Positions 9,823-20,820 of a stretch of 59,425 nt of DNA are shown here, piece after piece. Both the position numbers and the translations under genes were made by a program. The DNA is from Gammaproteobacteria bacterium (GTDB lineage Bacteria; Pseudomonadota; Gammaproteobacteria; Pseudomonadales; Litorivicinaceae). Numbering within the stretch: the stretch's first letter is position 1; every line of letters begins with the position of its first letter. A model generated the notes under the pieces. It was not told the DNA's origin, searched no databases, and was given only the letters and a program-made list of their open reading frames with translations. Location of the stretch: NCBI GenBank assembly GCA_002730235.1, contig PBZS01000040.1:11385-70809 (forward strand). The letters run 5' to 3'.

Positions 9823-10553
9823 TCAATAACCTCCTGCGTTTTCACGAGCGTCTCACCCGTTAGTGACAAAAAAAGTGTATCCAAATCCGATACGCCAGCT
9901 TCTTTGATTAATTTTTTCGGAGCGCCTTGTAGTAATGTTTTCCCGTGTGACAGGATCAATAGCTCGTCACACAGTACTTCAGCTTCCTCCATATAGTGCG
10001 TGGTTAGAATTAACGTCCGGCCATCTGCCTTTAACTCAGAAACCATATCCCAGAGGTCGCGACGTGATCTCGGATCAAGTCCGCTGGTTGGCTCATCTAA
10101 AAAAACGATCTCTGGATTATGTGCGAGAGCGAGAGCGAGAAGCAGCCGCTGACGCTGCCCACCCGATAATCGCCGTACATCGCGATGTAAAAAATCGTTT
10201 AGACGAAACTGCTCGATAAGTCGATCCATTGGAATAGGGTCATCATAGAAGCTTGAGAAAAGTTTAAGATTGTCATGGGGTGACAAAAAATCCTGCAACG
10301 TTGTCGCTTGAAACTGGATACCTACTCGATCCTGATAGTCGACCGGGAATGGTTTACCAAGGTAATGGACAGACCCTCTAGTTGGCTCTTCCATTCCCTC
10401 AAGCATCCCTAGTGTCGTACTCTTCCCTGCCCCATTCGGACCCAATAATCCAAAACATTGTCCCTTGAATATCTCAAAATCGAGCCCGTCAACAGCTATA
10501 ACATCGTCATAAGATTTACCAAGGCCGGAGATCGATAGTATGGCATCAGTCAT
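9819..10553 (-). CDS. ABC exporter ATP-binding protein (DrrA/NodI-like)
   Basis: Walker A GPNGAGKST, LSGGQRQR, Walker B IVFLDEPT, TTHYMEEA. Confidence 0.93.
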   Translation of the reverse strand: MTDAILSISGLGKSYDDVIAVDGLDFEIFKGQCFGLLGPNGAGKSTTLGMLEGMEEPTRGSVHYLGKPFPVDYQDRVGIQFQATTLQDFLSPHDNLKLFSSFYDDPIPMDRLIEQFRLNDFLHRDVRRLSGGQRQRLLLALALAHNPEIVFLDEPTSGLDPRSRRDLWDMVSELKADGRTLILTTHYMEEAEVLCDELLILSHGKTLLQGAPKKLIKEAGVSDLDTLFLSLTGETLVKTQEVIE

Positions 10554-11343
10554 GCGCAGACCGTTGACTTGGTGATATACCGCCTAGAAGTTGGGTTACC
10601 TGATTCGCGGTTTGAGCGACAGCATCGCCATGCCCCACCAACACCTCTTCAGTTATCCGTACCATAGGACCACTGATACCAAGCATACAGGTCGGTGCAC
10701 AAAGCTCGTCGAATACCGGTGCAGTGACACATTGCATCCCTTCAACATGCGCTTCACGGTCATAGAAGCGACCTTCTTCGATAATCCGTTCTATGTCTTT
10801 CGTGAGCGAGCTTTTAGACTGGGGTGTGTTATCGGTCAGCGCATCGTAGGCCAGTTGTTCCATTAACTGACTACATTCCTCTGCATTGGGCACGCTCAGA
10901 AGTACCTTTCCCGTGTCTGATGCGTGGAGTAGAGATAAACTTATTAGGGGTGCAACCTTTCGCACCGTATTTTCGCTTTCCATTTGCAACACAAATAACG
11001 CTCTATTACCCGCTAGTGTCGCCAGATTGACGGTCTCGCCGGTGTGATCGGACAACCCAATCGTAAGCGGTCTGATCTGCCCAACAAAGTCCCTAAAGCG
11101 CACGAAGGCGTTACCAATCCGAAATCCTGAAACACCGATTTGCCAAGGACCAGTTTCAGTATCAACGGATAGAAACGATTGTACCTCCAGCAAAGAGAGC
11201 AATCGGTGAACCGTGGAGGGAGCGAGTACATTGATATCTGCAATTTCTACCAAAGTGAGCCCAGACCAGGATCCGGGGCAAGCTTTCAATATCGATAGGC
11301 CCCGAACGAGCGTTTTAGAGCGACAGAGTGTCTCTTCAGACAT
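10546..11343 (-). CDS. IclR-family transcriptional regulator (IclR/AllR/BhcR-like), motifs eroded
   Basis: HTH (GLTLVEIA...PSTVHRLL), TGETVNLA, LHASxxGK, EGMQCVTAPVFD, GISGP. Confidence 0.8.
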   Translation of the reverse strand: MSEETLCRSKTLVRGLSILKACPGSWSGLTLVEIADINVLAPSTVHRLLSLLEVQSFLSVDTETGPWQIGVSGFRIGNAFVRFRDFVGQIRPLTIGLSDHTGETVNLATLAGNRALFVLQMESENTVRKVAPLISLSLLHASDTGKVLLSVPNAEECSQLMEQLAYDALTDNTPQSKSSLTKDIERIIEEGRFYDREAHVEGMQCVTAPVFDELCAPTCMLGISGPMVRITEEVLVGHGDAVAQTANQVTQLLGGISPSQRSAHD

Positions 11344-13102
11344 GGATATTTCCTTTTTGTTCTAATTCTCCATGGCGAATGGTCAGTGACACTTCTTGGC
11401 CACGATATGTGTTTATAGATACGCTATAGATACACTTTATCCAATCCCCTGATTTTACAGGCGCAGGTTGACTCGATTCGAGAGCTGAAAACCAGATCGC
11501 TTGAACTTCTCGATTTTCAAATCGCAACCTCAGACTTAAGTGTGTTAGATCTTGACCAACTAACCGCGCAGATACCACTTGGAAGATACCAATAAATAAG
11601 GGCTGATCAAATCCGCGGCCGAACGGACCTAGTGACTCCATATGCTCGACCCAACCAATGTTTAGTTGTTCATTTAATAATTCACCATCCACAAGAAACC
11701 GGGTCTTTGGTCCAACCGTTGGATGTGTCTGGCGATAAACTTCCTGTAATTCTCGACTAAATACTGCTAGCGCCTCTTTAGGGATCGTCATACCGCATGC
11801 TCCGGTATGCCCTCCGTATCGAATCAGCGCACCAGGAAGGTTATTATTCACCTGGTCAAGCAATGCCTTTGCATCGACATCTGGAATTGAGCGCATTGAT
11901 CCCGTCAAAGTTCCGGCAACATTGCCAGCTGTGAAAACGATCGTGGGTAACCCCTCTATTTCAACGATTCGGCTCGCAACAATCCCTTGGACTCCTGGGT
12001 GCCCATGTTCTAGAACCACACACAACACCAATCCTCCATGCAGGCGTTGACGTCTGGCCAGTGGCTTTGCCTGTTCAAATATCGCCTTTTCGATTTTCCT
12101 ACGTTTTTTATTATCGGCATCCAAATCCATAAATGCATTGGTCGCCTCAGCGACCGAAGACGCCGACAGATATTCATAACCCCTGAGCGAATGGCCGATC
12201 CGTCCCCGTGCATTTAGCCTAGGAGCCAGCTGAAATGCGAGTAGCTCCGCATTGATGTCCTTTGGCGACGAAGTAAGGTGGGAGATTGCGACCTGCCAGC
12301 ATGGCCTCTCTTGGCTTGCAATCAAAGTCAAACCCACCTTAACGACGGCACGGTTGGTCTCACTCGATCCCAGAGATACTGAATCAGCCACCGTCCCGAG
12401 AGCAACATAATCTAGCAAATCACCAAGCTTTGGGGTCGTGCCGTCTAACACATCATAGTCAACCAACTCTTGCCTTAACTGGCCCATCACCAACCAAGAC
12501 ACTAAACAGCCAGCAATTGCTTTATCCGGGTATAAGCAGTCGGTCCGGTTAGGGTTAACTACAGCATAAGCGCTTTGTGGTGGTCCATCCTCCGATACAC
12601 GATGGTGGTCTGTTATAACGACATCAATTCCGGCATTTTTCAGCCTAGCGATTTGCAACTCGTCTGATGAACCGCAGTCGGCCGATATGACAACGTCAGG
12701 GATATCCTCGGATTTTAATAATCGATCAACCAAGGTCTCAGAAATACCATAACCATCCTCCAATCGGTGACCGATCCAATGCGAGATCTGTTTGTCAGAG
12801 ACACCAAAGCGAAGCAAGGCATACGTAATGATTGCGTGGCTTGTAAGACCATCTGCATCATAATCTGTGACTATACCAATATACTCACCATTAGTGATGG
12901 CTAGTCGAAGACGATCTGTTGCTTTCTTAATGTCTTTGAGGGCTGAAGGTGGTGCAATATTTTTTAGTTGAGGATTCAAGATCGAATCGAGCGAATCCTC
13001 GCTAGTAATCCGACCGGAAATAATACGGGCCGTCAAGGGATCTAACCCACGTGACCGAGCCTCGGCGAATACCGAGGTATCAATCAGCCGTGTCTCAAAC
13101 AC
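11336..13102 (-). CDS. recJ: Single-stranded-DNA-specific exonuclease RecJ
   Basis: DYDADG, DCG, TDHH, ALGTVAD, APRLNARGR, GSMRS, GGH, PFGRGF. Confidence 0.95.
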   Translation of the reverse strand: MFETRLIDTSVFAEARSRGLDPLTARIISGRITSEDSLDSILNPQLKNIAPPSALKDIKKATDRLRLAITNGEYIGIVTDYDADGLTSHAIITYALLRFGVSDKQISHWIGHRLEDGYGISETLVDRLLKSEDIPDVVISADCGSSDELQIARLKNAGIDVVITDHHRVSEDGPPQSAYAVVNPNRTDCLYPDKAIAGCLVSWLVMGQLRQELVDYDVLDGTTPKLGDLLDYVALGTVADSVSLGSSETNRAVVKVGLTLIASQERPCWQVAISHLTSSPKDINAELLAFQLAPRLNARGRIGHSLRGYEYLSASSVAEATNAFMDLDADNKKRRKIEKAIFEQAKPLARRQRLHGGLVLCVVLEHGHPGVQGIVASRIVEIEGLPTIVFTAGNVAGTLTGSMRSIPDVDAKALLDQVNNNLPGALIRYGGHTGACGMTIPKEALAVFSRELQEVYRQTHPTVGPKTRFLVDGELLNEQLNIGWVEHMESLGPFGRGFDQPLFIGIFQVVSARLVGQDLTHLSLRLRFENREVQAIWFSALESSQPAPVKSGDWIKCIYSVSINTYRGQEVSLTIRHGELEQKGNIHV

Positions 13103-14481
13103 TACCTCATTACTGAACGAACGAATGCTTGGACATCATTCAAATCGTTCTCAACAATTGTGTAACGTTCTTCTCGCAAAAAAAGATCTGTCATATCAGC
13201 GGGCAAGGGTACCTCATCAAATCCTGCCTTCTCAACGGCTTCCGCGAACTTGGACGGGTGGGCAGTCGCCAAGACGACCTTAATCGTCTCATTTGGCGTC
13301 ACTTGCAATGCATCCACACCAGTCGCCGTATGTGGATCTATCAATTCGCCCGTATCTCTATAAATGCGTGCGATTGTTTCGCATGTTCGCTCATCGTCAA
13401 CTGCATGAGCGGAGAACAAAGTTTTAGCCTTAGCGATTATCGGATCTTCAAGCTTAACAGCGCCCGATTGGAATTCATTCATCACCTGGGACAGCTTATT
13501 ACCATCACGACCATGGAGATCGAACAATAAACGCTCAAAGTTTGAACTCACCACAATATCCATTGAGGGCGACAGTGTTTTTTCCAAAGACTTTCTAGAT
13601 AAATCACCGCGAAGACCGCGAACCAGTGCGTCATTTGCATTGGTCGCAATAGTAAAATGAGCAATCGGGAAGCCCATTTGCTTCGCGATATAGCCACCAA
13701 ATACGTCACCAAAGTTAGCTGAAGGCACGCTGTAAGCAATCTGCCGATCTAATGCACCCAGACGAAGACCCGAATATATATAATACACGGTCTGTGCCAT
13801 GATCCGCGCAAGATTAATGGAGTTAACCGCTAGTAAGCGGTTTGGACTGACGAACGTCTGATCCAGAAACGACGCTTTTACTATCGCCTGACAATCATCA
13901 AAGTTACCTTTAAGGGCAATGTTGTGGACATTATCAGATAAGACTGTCGTCATCTGCCGACGCTGTACTTCACTTATACGTTGATACGGATGCAATATCA
14001 CTAAATCTAGATGGTCAGAGTGACGCGACCCTTCTATGGCTGCCGATCCTGTGTCACCAGAGGTTGCACCCATAACAATACCGCGTTCTCCACGCTCCTC
14101 GAGAAAGTGGTCTAGCAAACGTCCGAGCAGTTGGAGCGCGAAGTCCTTAAAAGCAAGCGTTGGACCATGGAAGAGCTCAAGAAGCCAAGTGTCAGGGCTG
14201 ATTTGCTTAAGTGGCGCTATTGCTGGATGACGGAAAGAGGAATACGCATCCTTCACCATCACCTCGAAAGTTTCACGCGTTAACGAACCTTCGACAAAAG
14301 GCCACATCACTTCGATTGCAAGTTCATCGTAGTGCAGCGATTGCCATTGTCTGAGCGTTCCTTCGGAAATCGTTGGCAACGATTCAGGAACGTACAAACC
14401 TCCATCTGAGGCGAGTCCGGTCAAGACTACATCGTCAAACCCCAGTATAGGGGCTTGTCCGCGAGTTGACACAAACTTCAT
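13102..14481 (-). CDS. thrC: Threonine synthase
   Basis: MKFVSTRG, GLASDGGLYVP, ELFHGPTLAFKD, ATSGDTG, NSINLAR. Confidence 0.97.
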   Translation of the reverse strand: MKFVSTRGQAPILGFDDVVLTGLASDGGLYVPESLPTISEGTLRQWQSLHYDELAIEVMWPFVEGSLTRETFEVMVKDAYSSFRHPAIAPLKQISPDTWLLELFHGPTLAFKDFALQLLGRLLDHFLEERGERGIVMGATSGDTGSAAIEGSRHSDHLDLVILHPYQRISEVQRRQMTTVLSDNVHNIALKGNFDDCQAIVKASFLDQTFVSPNRLLAVNSINLARIMAQTVYYIYSGLRLGALDRQIAYSVPSANFGDVFGGYIAKQMGFPIAHFTIATNANDALVRGLRGDLSRKSLEKTLSPSMDIVVSSNFERLLFDLHGRDGNKLSQVMNEFQSGAVKLEDPIIAKAKTLFSAHAVDDERTCETIARIYRDTGELIDPHTATGVDALQVTPNETIKVVLATAHPSKFAEAVEKAGFDEVPLPADMTDLFLREERYTIVENDLNDVQAFVRSVMR

Positions 14482-15788
14482 ACAGCATCTCCCAGCGCTT
14501 CACAGCGCAGCAAGACTGTCTTCCCGACGACAAAAGTTTGCTGCTCTATCTGAGCCAGAGCCGACAAGACATCTTTCTCGCGCACTGAGTGGGTCAAGAG
14601 GATCAACGCAACCGGTTCACCTTCAACACCGTCTTTCTGTATCACGCTCTCTAGTGACACGCTGTGGTCCGCCAAGGCACGCGTTATGAGTGCCAATACA
14701 CCTACCTCATCACGAACGGACAGACGCATATAAAATGGGCATACAGTCTCCTCGATTGGTAGTATTAAAATATCATCTAAATGTGTTGGCTGGAAAGCCA
14801 GGTGCGGCACCCTATTCGTCGGATCTACAGTCAACGCTCGCGCTACATCAACCAAATCGGCAACGACCGCGCTTGCTGTTGGAAGTGATCCAGCTCCCGG
14901 TCCGTAGAGTAATGTCGAACCAACTGCATCGCCATGAATTTGAACTGCATTCATCACGCCGTTCACGTTGGCGAGGAGCTGTGTTTCAGGGATAAGAGTC
15001 GGATGTACCCGCATTTCAACACCCTGTGAGGTGCGGCGTGCAATGCCTAAGTGCTTAATGCGGTATCCAAGCTCCTCAGCATAATCGAGATCCATCAAAT
15101 CGATGGTTGAGATACCTTGCGTGTATACAGCATCAAAATTGAGCGGAATACCGAAGGCGATCGATGCCAAGATGCAAAGTTTATGGGCAGCATCGATCCC
15201 CTCAACGTCGAAGGACGGATCAGCTTCCGCGTAACCAAAACCTTGAGCCTCGTTCAAGACATCAGCGAAGTCGCGACCTTTGTCACGCATTTCAGTCAGA
15301 ATAAAGTTACCGGTTCCATTGATAATCCCTGCGAGCCAACTAATTTGATTCGCCGCCAAACCCTCACGTAAAGCCTTAATTACCGGGATGCCCCCGGCAA
15401 CAGAGGCCTCAAACGCAATAGTTACATCATTTTTCTGTGCCTTCTCAAATAGATCATTACCGTACTCAGCTATTAGCGCCTTGTTAGCGGTCACTACATG
15501 CTTGCCCGAGTCAATCGCAACCTCGATCAATTCACGAGCAAAATCACACCCACCAATTAATTCGACAAAGACATCAATCTCAGGATCGTCTGCCACATCC
15601 ATCAAGTCGCGCGATACGCGAATACCAGACAAATCGACACCTTCCCGGTCACGGCGCGCACCAACGTGCGTAATTTGGATTTCACGACCAATTCGCCGCG
15701 CTAATTCCTCACGATTTTTTGCCAGCACGTTCAGTGTGCCCTGAGCCACGGTACCAAGGCCGACGAGGCCTACGGAAATAGGTTTCAA
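14478..15788 (-). CDS. hom: Homoserine dehydrogenase with C-terminal ACT domain
   Basis: GLGTV, VVTANKA, EASVAGGIP, GIINGTGN, GYAEADP, GPGAG. Confidence 0.96.
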   Translation of the reverse strand: MKPISVGLVGLGTVAQGTLNVLAKNREELARRIGREIQITHVGARRDREGVDLSGIRVSRDLMDVADDPEIDVFVELIGGCDFARELIEVAIDSGKHVVTANKALIAEYGNDLFEKAQKNDVTIAFEASVAGGIPVIKALREGLAANQISWLAGIINGTGNFILTEMRDKGRDFADVLNEAQGFGYAEADPSFDVEGIDAAHKLCILASIAFGIPLNFDAVYTQGISTIDLMDLDYAEELGYRIKHLGIARRTSQGVEMRVHPTLIPETQLLANVNGVMNAVQIHGDAVGSTLLYGPGAGSLPTASAVVADLVDVARALTVDPTNRVPHLAFQPTHLDDILILPIEETVCPFYMRLSVRDEVGVLALITRALADHSVSLESVIQKDGVEGEPVALILLTHSVREKDVLSALAQIEQQTFVVGKTVLLRCEALGDAV

Positions 15789-15807
15789 AAATCTATCCTT
15801 AGAATGT

Positions 15808-16998
15808 TCAGTTCAAAGCGGTGTCGACCCGAAACAGGCGTTTTATATTTCGAAGAGCCTGTCGCGTTCTGTGTTCATTTTCAATCAATGCAAAACGAAC
15901 ATGATCGTCACCGTATTGACCAAAACCAATACCTGGGCTAACCGCGACGTTGGCATCACGTATGAGTTTTTTGGCAAATTCAAGTGATCTCATTTCACTA
16001 TACTGCTCAGGAATTTTTGCCCAAACGAACATTGTAGCTTTAGGCTTTTCAACCGGCCATCCAAGCGCGTTTAATCCTTCACACAAGACGTCACGTCGAG
16101 ACTGATACATATCACGTATCTCATGAACACATTTCTGATCACCCTCAAGCGCCGCAATTGCCGCGACTTGAATCGGTGTAAATGTTCCATAGTCAAGGTA
16201 AGACTTAATGCGGGCCAATGCACCTATCAATTCTTTATTACCAGCAGCAAAGCCAACACGCCAGCCCGGCATATTGTAACTTTTTGAGAGTGAGAAAAAC
16301 TCAACAGCGATATCCTTAGCACCCTGAACCTGAAGTATCGATGGAGCAACATATCCATCAAACACTATGTCAGCGTATGCAATATCTTGAATAATCCAGA
16401 TATTATGCTCTCTGGCTATCTCAACCAGTTTCCCGAAAAAATCGAGCTCGACACACATAGCGGTTGGGTTCGCCGGAAAATTCAGAACCAGCATTTTTGG
16501 TCGAGGCCAAGAGGTTTCAATCGCCTTAACCAATTCTCCAAAGAAATCCTCATCAGGTAGCAATGGCACATGACGAATATCGGCGCCCGCGATCACAAAA
16601 CCATAGGGATGAATTGGATACGCCGGATTGGGAACCAGTACCACGTCACCTGGGCCCAAAGTTGCCATAGCAAGGTGAGCAAGACCCTCTTTGGACCCGA
16701 TTGTGGTGATCACTTCTGTCTCGGAATCTAGATCAACATCGTACCGCGTCTTGTACCAGGTCGCCATGGCACGTCGAAGGCGTGGTATGCCCTTCGACTG
16801 AGAGTACCGGTGAGTGTCCTCACGGTTTGCCGTTTCTACTAGCTTTTTTACAATATGTTTAGGTGTCGGCTGATCTGGATTCCCCATAGAAAAGTCGATC
16901 ACATCCTCGCCCGCTGCCCGCGCGCTCTGACGCATTTCGCCAATCACGTTAAAAACATAAGGAGGGAGACGCTCAATGCGAGGAAATCTTGCATCCAT
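15808..16998 (-). CDS. alaC: Alanine transaminase (class I PLP aminotransferase)
   Basis: [42 protein letters not shown]; alaC-hom-thrC synteny; ATG 16998 (TTG 17004 alternative). Confidence 0.93.
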   Translation of the reverse strand: MDARFPRIERLPPYVFNVIGEMRQSARAAGEDVIDFSMGNPDQPTPKHIVKKLVETANREDTHRYSQSKGIPRLRRAMATWYKTRYDVDLDSETEVITTIGSKEGLAHLAMATLGPGDVVLVPNPAYPIHPYGFVIAGADIRHVPLLPDEDFFGELVKAIETSWPRPKMLVLNFPANPTAMCVELDFFGKLVEIAREHNIWIIQDIAYADIVFDGYVAPSILQVQGAKDIAVEFFSLSKSYNMPGWRVGFAAGNKELIGALARIKSYLDYGTFTPIQVAAIAALEGDQKCVHEIRDMYQSRRDVLCEGLNALGWPVEKPKATMFVWAKIPEQYSEMRSLEFAKKLIRDANVAVSPGIGFGQYGDDHVRFALIENEHRTRQALRNIKRLFRVDTALN

Positions 16999-17036
16999 TG
17001 TCAATTCTCAATAAAGCTCAAAACGTTCATTGTAGC

Positions 17037-17750
17037 TTAAGAACTGAGCTGCTTCATGCGTTCCAGAAGGTCCTTCCAAGGTAAATATCCGGGTTGCATT
17101 TCACCATTCTCAAAAATCAATGTAGGAGTCCCAGTAATTCCAAGTCTTTGACCTGACTGATACTGATCGGAGACGGGATTATCACAAATCGCAGCCTCTG
17201 GCGTTTCACCAGCTTTCGCAAGGGTCATCGCTGCATTTTGGTCCTCGGCGCAGTATACGGACACATATTTATCGTATGAGTCTGAACCAACCCCCGCTCT
17301 CGGGAATGCGGCGTACCGGACCTCAACACCGTTATCAAGGAGTTTATCAATCTCACTGTGAAGACGTCTGCAATATCCACAATCTATGTCAGTGAAGATC
17401 AGCAAGCGATGCGTCACTTCTACCACTGGTGAAAACACCACAAGCTTCGAAGGATCAAAATCTTTCAAGATAGCTTTACGATCTACTCTGCGACTGATTT
17501 CAGTCAAATTTTTCACACCATCGGCCCCAACCTTATAGAGGTCACCCGCTACAAAATGTAAGCCGGTGTTATCACTATAAATACGCTCGCCAGACATCAA
17601 AATGATTTCAAAAAAAGGTGTATCCTCGATCGCATCTACCGACTTAATCTGAATCATTGGATTAATACCAGTAATCGCCTCCGTGATTCGAGCCTCATCG
17701 GCCGCAGCAGCAAACGATACAAATGTAAAAACCCATGCCAACCAGCGCAT
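17037..17750 (-). CDS. dsbC: Thiol:disulfide isomerase DsbC
   Basis: Signal peptide; FTDIDCGYC, AFPRAG, GITGTP. Confidence 0.93.
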   Translation of the reverse strand: MRWLAWVFTFVSFAAAADEARITEAITGINPMIQIKSVDAIEDTPFFEIILMSGERIYSDNTGLHFVAGDLYKVGADGVKNLTEISRRVDRKAILKDFDPSKLVVFSPVVEVTHRLLIFTDIDCGYCRRLHSEIDKLLDNGVEVRYAAFPRAGVGSDSYDKYVSVYCAEDQNAAMTLAKAGETPEAAICDNPVSDQYQSGQRLGITGTPTLIFENGEMQPGYLPWKDLLERMKQLSS

Positions 17751-17785
17751 AACTGCTCCTTTTTGAGTACTGCTTCAATTGTAAC

Positions 17786-18673
17786 TCAAGCACGTGGATG
17801 ATGTGCGATATGCAACTGCTTCAAGCGTTCTCTAGCCACATGCGTGTAAATTTGGGTGGTTGATAGATCCTCGTGACCCAAAAGCAGCTGTACCACCCGA
17901 AGATCTGCGCCATTGTTTACCAAGTGCGTTGCGAACGCATGACGTAATGTATGCGGACTCGGTTCTACTGTAATACCAGCCAATCGAGCGACATATTTCA
18001 GTCGGTGCCAAAATGTCTGGCGAGCCATTGGCGCCCCCGATCTACCGGGGAAAATAACTGGTCCCAATGGATCAGGTAACTCCGGGCGTGCTTCCTTCAA
18101 ATACCGTTGTAACCAGGCTCTAGCCGCATCACCCAAGGGTACTAATCTCTCCTTACTTCCCTTCCCAAGCACGCGTACAACTCCCTGGTCGAGACTAATA
18201 TTAGACCGCTCAAGCCGACAAAGTTCGCTGACACGAAGACCTGAAGCATACAAGACTTCAAGCATCGTTCGGTCCCGGAGACCAATCTGAGTTTCAGTAT
18301 TTGGTGCCTCTAATAGCTTCGAGATATCGTTCTCTGACAAGACTTTCGGTAGCGGACGTCCTTTTGATGGTCGCTGGATCCTGGCCATTGGATCATCATT
18401 TCGATGGCCATGCCGTATTTGATATTTGTAGAATCCATGGAGTGCAGAGAGCTTTCGTTGAATGGAAGTAATTTTCAAACCATTAGACAATAACGATCCT
18501 ATGAAGCCATTAATATCCGCATCCGACAATGTCTCGATGGTTTGGCCAACTGACTGCGCATAGACCTCTGCGCCCTGGAGATCGACTCGATACGCGCGTA
18601 ATGTTGTCTCAGACAATCCACGCTCTAAATAAAGTGCGTCTAAGTAAGCATCGAAATCGGAGAAATTATCCAT
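17786..18673 (-). CDS. xerD: Site-specific tyrosine recombinase XerD
   Basis: LYASGLRVSEL, GKGSKERLVP, SPHTLRHAFATHL, LLGH..LSTTQIYTHV, HHPRA; xerD-dsbC synteny; start moved to ATG 18673. Confidence 0.93.
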   Translation of the reverse strand: MDNFSDFDAYLDALYLERGLSETTLRAYRVDLQGAEVYAQSVGQTIETLSDADINGFIGSLLSNGLKITSIQRKLSALHGFYKYQIRHGHRNDDPMARIQRPSKGRPLPKVLSENDISKLLEAPNTETQIGLRDRTMLEVLYASGLRVSELCRLERSNISLDQGVVRVLGKGSKERLVPLGDAARAWLQRYLKEARPELPDPLGPVIFPGRSGAPMARQTFWHRLKYVARLAGITVEPSPHTLRHAFATHLVNNGADLRVVQLLLGHEDLSTTQIYTHVARERLKQLHIAHHPRA

Positions 18674-18752
18674 GGTCCACGAGGCTACCATGATGTGTGG
18701 CAACTTGCCGAGTCGGTAGTGAACATTTCCAGATGGGTGCAAAAATGTGACC

Positions 18753-18810
18753 GATTAGCCTAGGCCGGGCCCTCCGAATAGGAGGGGTGGGCCTTTGGGC
18801 GATCTTTTTT
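18753..18810. terminator. Long GC-rich hairpin in rplS-xerD spacer (probable terminator)
   Basis: CCCTCC-GAATA-GGAGGG inner stem, GGCC/GGCC and GATTAGCCTA/TGGGCGATC outer stems; T6 follows on + strand. Confidence 0.5.
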
Positions 18811-18885
18811 ATCAGGGGATGGACTGCCACACTGATTCTAAACGTATGATTAGGCCGATTCGCCTATCATCGCTAAACTTCCGAC

Positions 18886-19245
18886 TTATTTAGGATCCAA
18901 CTTTTCCTTAATGCGCGCAGCCTTACCAGACAACTCGCGCAGATGATATAGCTTCGCTTTGCGAACATCACCGCGGCGTTTCACGGTAATCGAGCCGATT
19001 AGTGGCGAATGCAGTTGAAAAGTGCGCTCGACACCGACACCGTGCGAAATCTTACGCACAATAAAACTTGAGTGCAGGCCACGATTGGATTTTGCAATCA
19101 CAACGCCCTCGTATGCCTGAAGTCGCTCCCGCGACCCTTCTTTAACTTTGACCTGAACCACGACCGTATCACCAGGCGCAAACGCGGGTAAGTCTGTCTT
19201 CATTTGCTCATTGTTGAGCGCTTCGATAATCGGATTCATGCTCAC
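18886..19245 (-). CDS. rplS: 50S ribosomal protein L19
   Basis: [39 protein letters not shown]. Confidence 0.98.
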   Translation of the reverse strand: MSMNPIIEALNNEQMKTDLPAFAPGDTVVVQVKVKEGSRERLQAYEGVVIAKSNRGLHSSFIVRKISHGVGVERTFQLHSPLIGSITVKRRGDVRKAKLYHLRELSGKAARIKEKLDPK

Positions 19246-19979
19246 GACTTTGACTCCCTAACAAATTCATCTAACAACAGCTGATCCTCATCAGATAGCT
19301 CTTGCTTCTCTAATATCTCTGGCCGACGAAACCACGTCCGCCCTAAGGCTTGTTTGCGACGCCACTTCGCAATGTCCCCATGATGTCCGCTGAGCAGAAC
19401 ATCGGGAACTTTCAAGTTCACAATCTGTTCAGGCCGCGTGTAGTGCGGACAATCCAGCAAACCGTTGCTGAATGAGTCTTCCGCTGCGCTACCCGCATGC
19501 CCGAGCACGCCCGGAATTAGCCTGCCAACTGCGTCACAGACGGCAATGGCTGCTGGCTCGCCTCCAGAGAGGACAAAATCTCCTAACGAAATCTCGCGAT
19601 CGATGTCAAGTTCTACCACTCGCTCATCAACCCCCTCATATCGACCACATACCAGTATGAGTTCGGACAGTTCGGCCAATTCGTGAACCAATGGCTGTGT
19701 CAGCGGCTCACCCTGAGGGCTTAAGTAGACCACAGTTGCCCCGGGAAGTTCTTTCTTCGCTTCAGCAATCGAGGCTCGCAAAGTCTCAACTTTCATCAGC
19801 ATTCCAGGACCACCACCGTAGGGCCTATCGTCCACGGTTTGGTGCCTATCAGTAGCATATGCTCTGGGATTGAAGGTTGTCAGCTCTATCAATCCTCTTT
19901 GCATCGCTTTTCCGATCACACCATGTATCATAGCGTCGGCCACCATGGTCGGGAACAGGGTCACTACGCCCCACTTCAT
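19242..19979 (-). CDS. trmD: tRNA (guanine37-N1)-methyltransferase
   Basis: [38 protein letters not shown]; ATG 19979 overlaps rimM stop. Confidence 0.97.
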   Translation of the reverse strand: MKWGVVTLFPTMVADAMIHGVIGKAMQRGLIELTTFNPRAYATDRHQTVDDRPYGGGPGMLMKVETLRASIAEAKKELPGATVVYLSPQGEPLTQPLVHELAELSELILVCGRYEGVDERVVELDIDREISLGDFVLSGGEPAAIAVCDAVGRLIPGVLGHAGSAAEDSFSNGLLDCPHYTRPEQIVNLKVPDVLLSGHHGDIAKWRRKQALGRTWFRRPEILEKQELSDEDQLLLDEFVRESKS

Positions 19980-20521
19980 AAAAAGTCGGGGTCCCAATCC
20001 ACTCGGATCAACCGTTTAGGCAGATCTATGTTAGGCACGGTTTTCCGAGTAAATGGAACCAACCGCTCCTTTTGGTCAATGCTGTCAGTGTCGCCCCTGA
20101 CAACCAATACATCATTGGCACCCGTTTGTATTACTTGCTTCACGACACCCAACACGCGTTTGTTGACTGTCTCCACGCGGCATCCCTCCAGATCACGCCA
20201 ATAAAATTCATCGCAACTGAGTTGAGGTAAGTGACTCTTACCCACCTCTATCAAACAATTAACTAGGGCCTCAACACTCGCTCGGTCGGAAAAACCAACC
20301 AGTTTTACGACGTATCCTTTATTACGCACCCTCCAAATCTCTGGAGCCGTCTCGATCTGCTCTACCGCAATTCCCCTACCTAGCCGATCAGCCTCTCGTG
20401 TCAATATCCAAGGTAACCATTCAAATACCGAGGCAGGGTTGTCGGTAAAACTATCCATCCAAACCCAACCACGTATCCCGTAGGGCGACCGAACTTTGCC
20501 GACAACAATCCGGTCAGCCAT
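19976..20521 (-). CDS. rimM: Ribosome maturation factor RimM
   Basis: [36 protein letters not shown]; operon context. Confidence 0.95.
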   Translation of the reverse strand: MADRIVVGKVRSPYGIRGWVWMDSFTDNPASVFEWLPWILTREADRLGRGIAVEQIETAPEIWRVRNKGYVVKLVGFSDRASVEALVNCLIEVGKSHLPQLSCDEFYWRDLEGCRVETVNKRVLGVVKQVIQTGANDVLVVRGDTDSIDQKERLVPFTRKTVPNIDLPKRLIRVDWDPDFL

Positions 20522-20769
20522 CAGGCTGCCTGACTTGCGTCCTTAAGCAAACGCTTCACGCGATCAGAAGTCTTTGCTCCCAAACCAATCCAATGATCAA
20601 CACGCTCAAAGTCGATACGCAGACGCTCTGCCTGCCCTTGTGCCATTGGGTTGAAGAAACCAACGCGCTCAATGAAGCGACCATCGCGCGCATTCCTGTG
20701 ATCTGTCACTGTCAAGTGATAGAAGGGGCGTTTCTTGGAACCTCCGCGTGAAAGACGAATCGTTACCAT
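20521..20769 (-). CDS. rpsP: 30S ribosomal protein S16
   Basis: [17 protein letters not shown]...[14 protein letters not shown]. Confidence 0.98.
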   Translation of the reverse strand: MVTIRLSRGGSKKRPFYHLTVTDHRNARDGRFIERVGFFNPMAQGQAERLRIDFERVDHWIGLGAKTSDRVKRLLKDASQAA

Positions 20770-20820
20770 ATTCTTTAATCCTATTTTGCTCTGTGCAGAG
20801 TCTAAAATCGAAGGCGGGAA

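Noticed and set aside
17786-18742. Tyrosine recombinase as a marker of a prophage or island
   Set aside because: Sequence and dsbC synteny identify housekeeping XerD; no att repeats or phage genes; the ORF-track N-terminal extension is probably not translated
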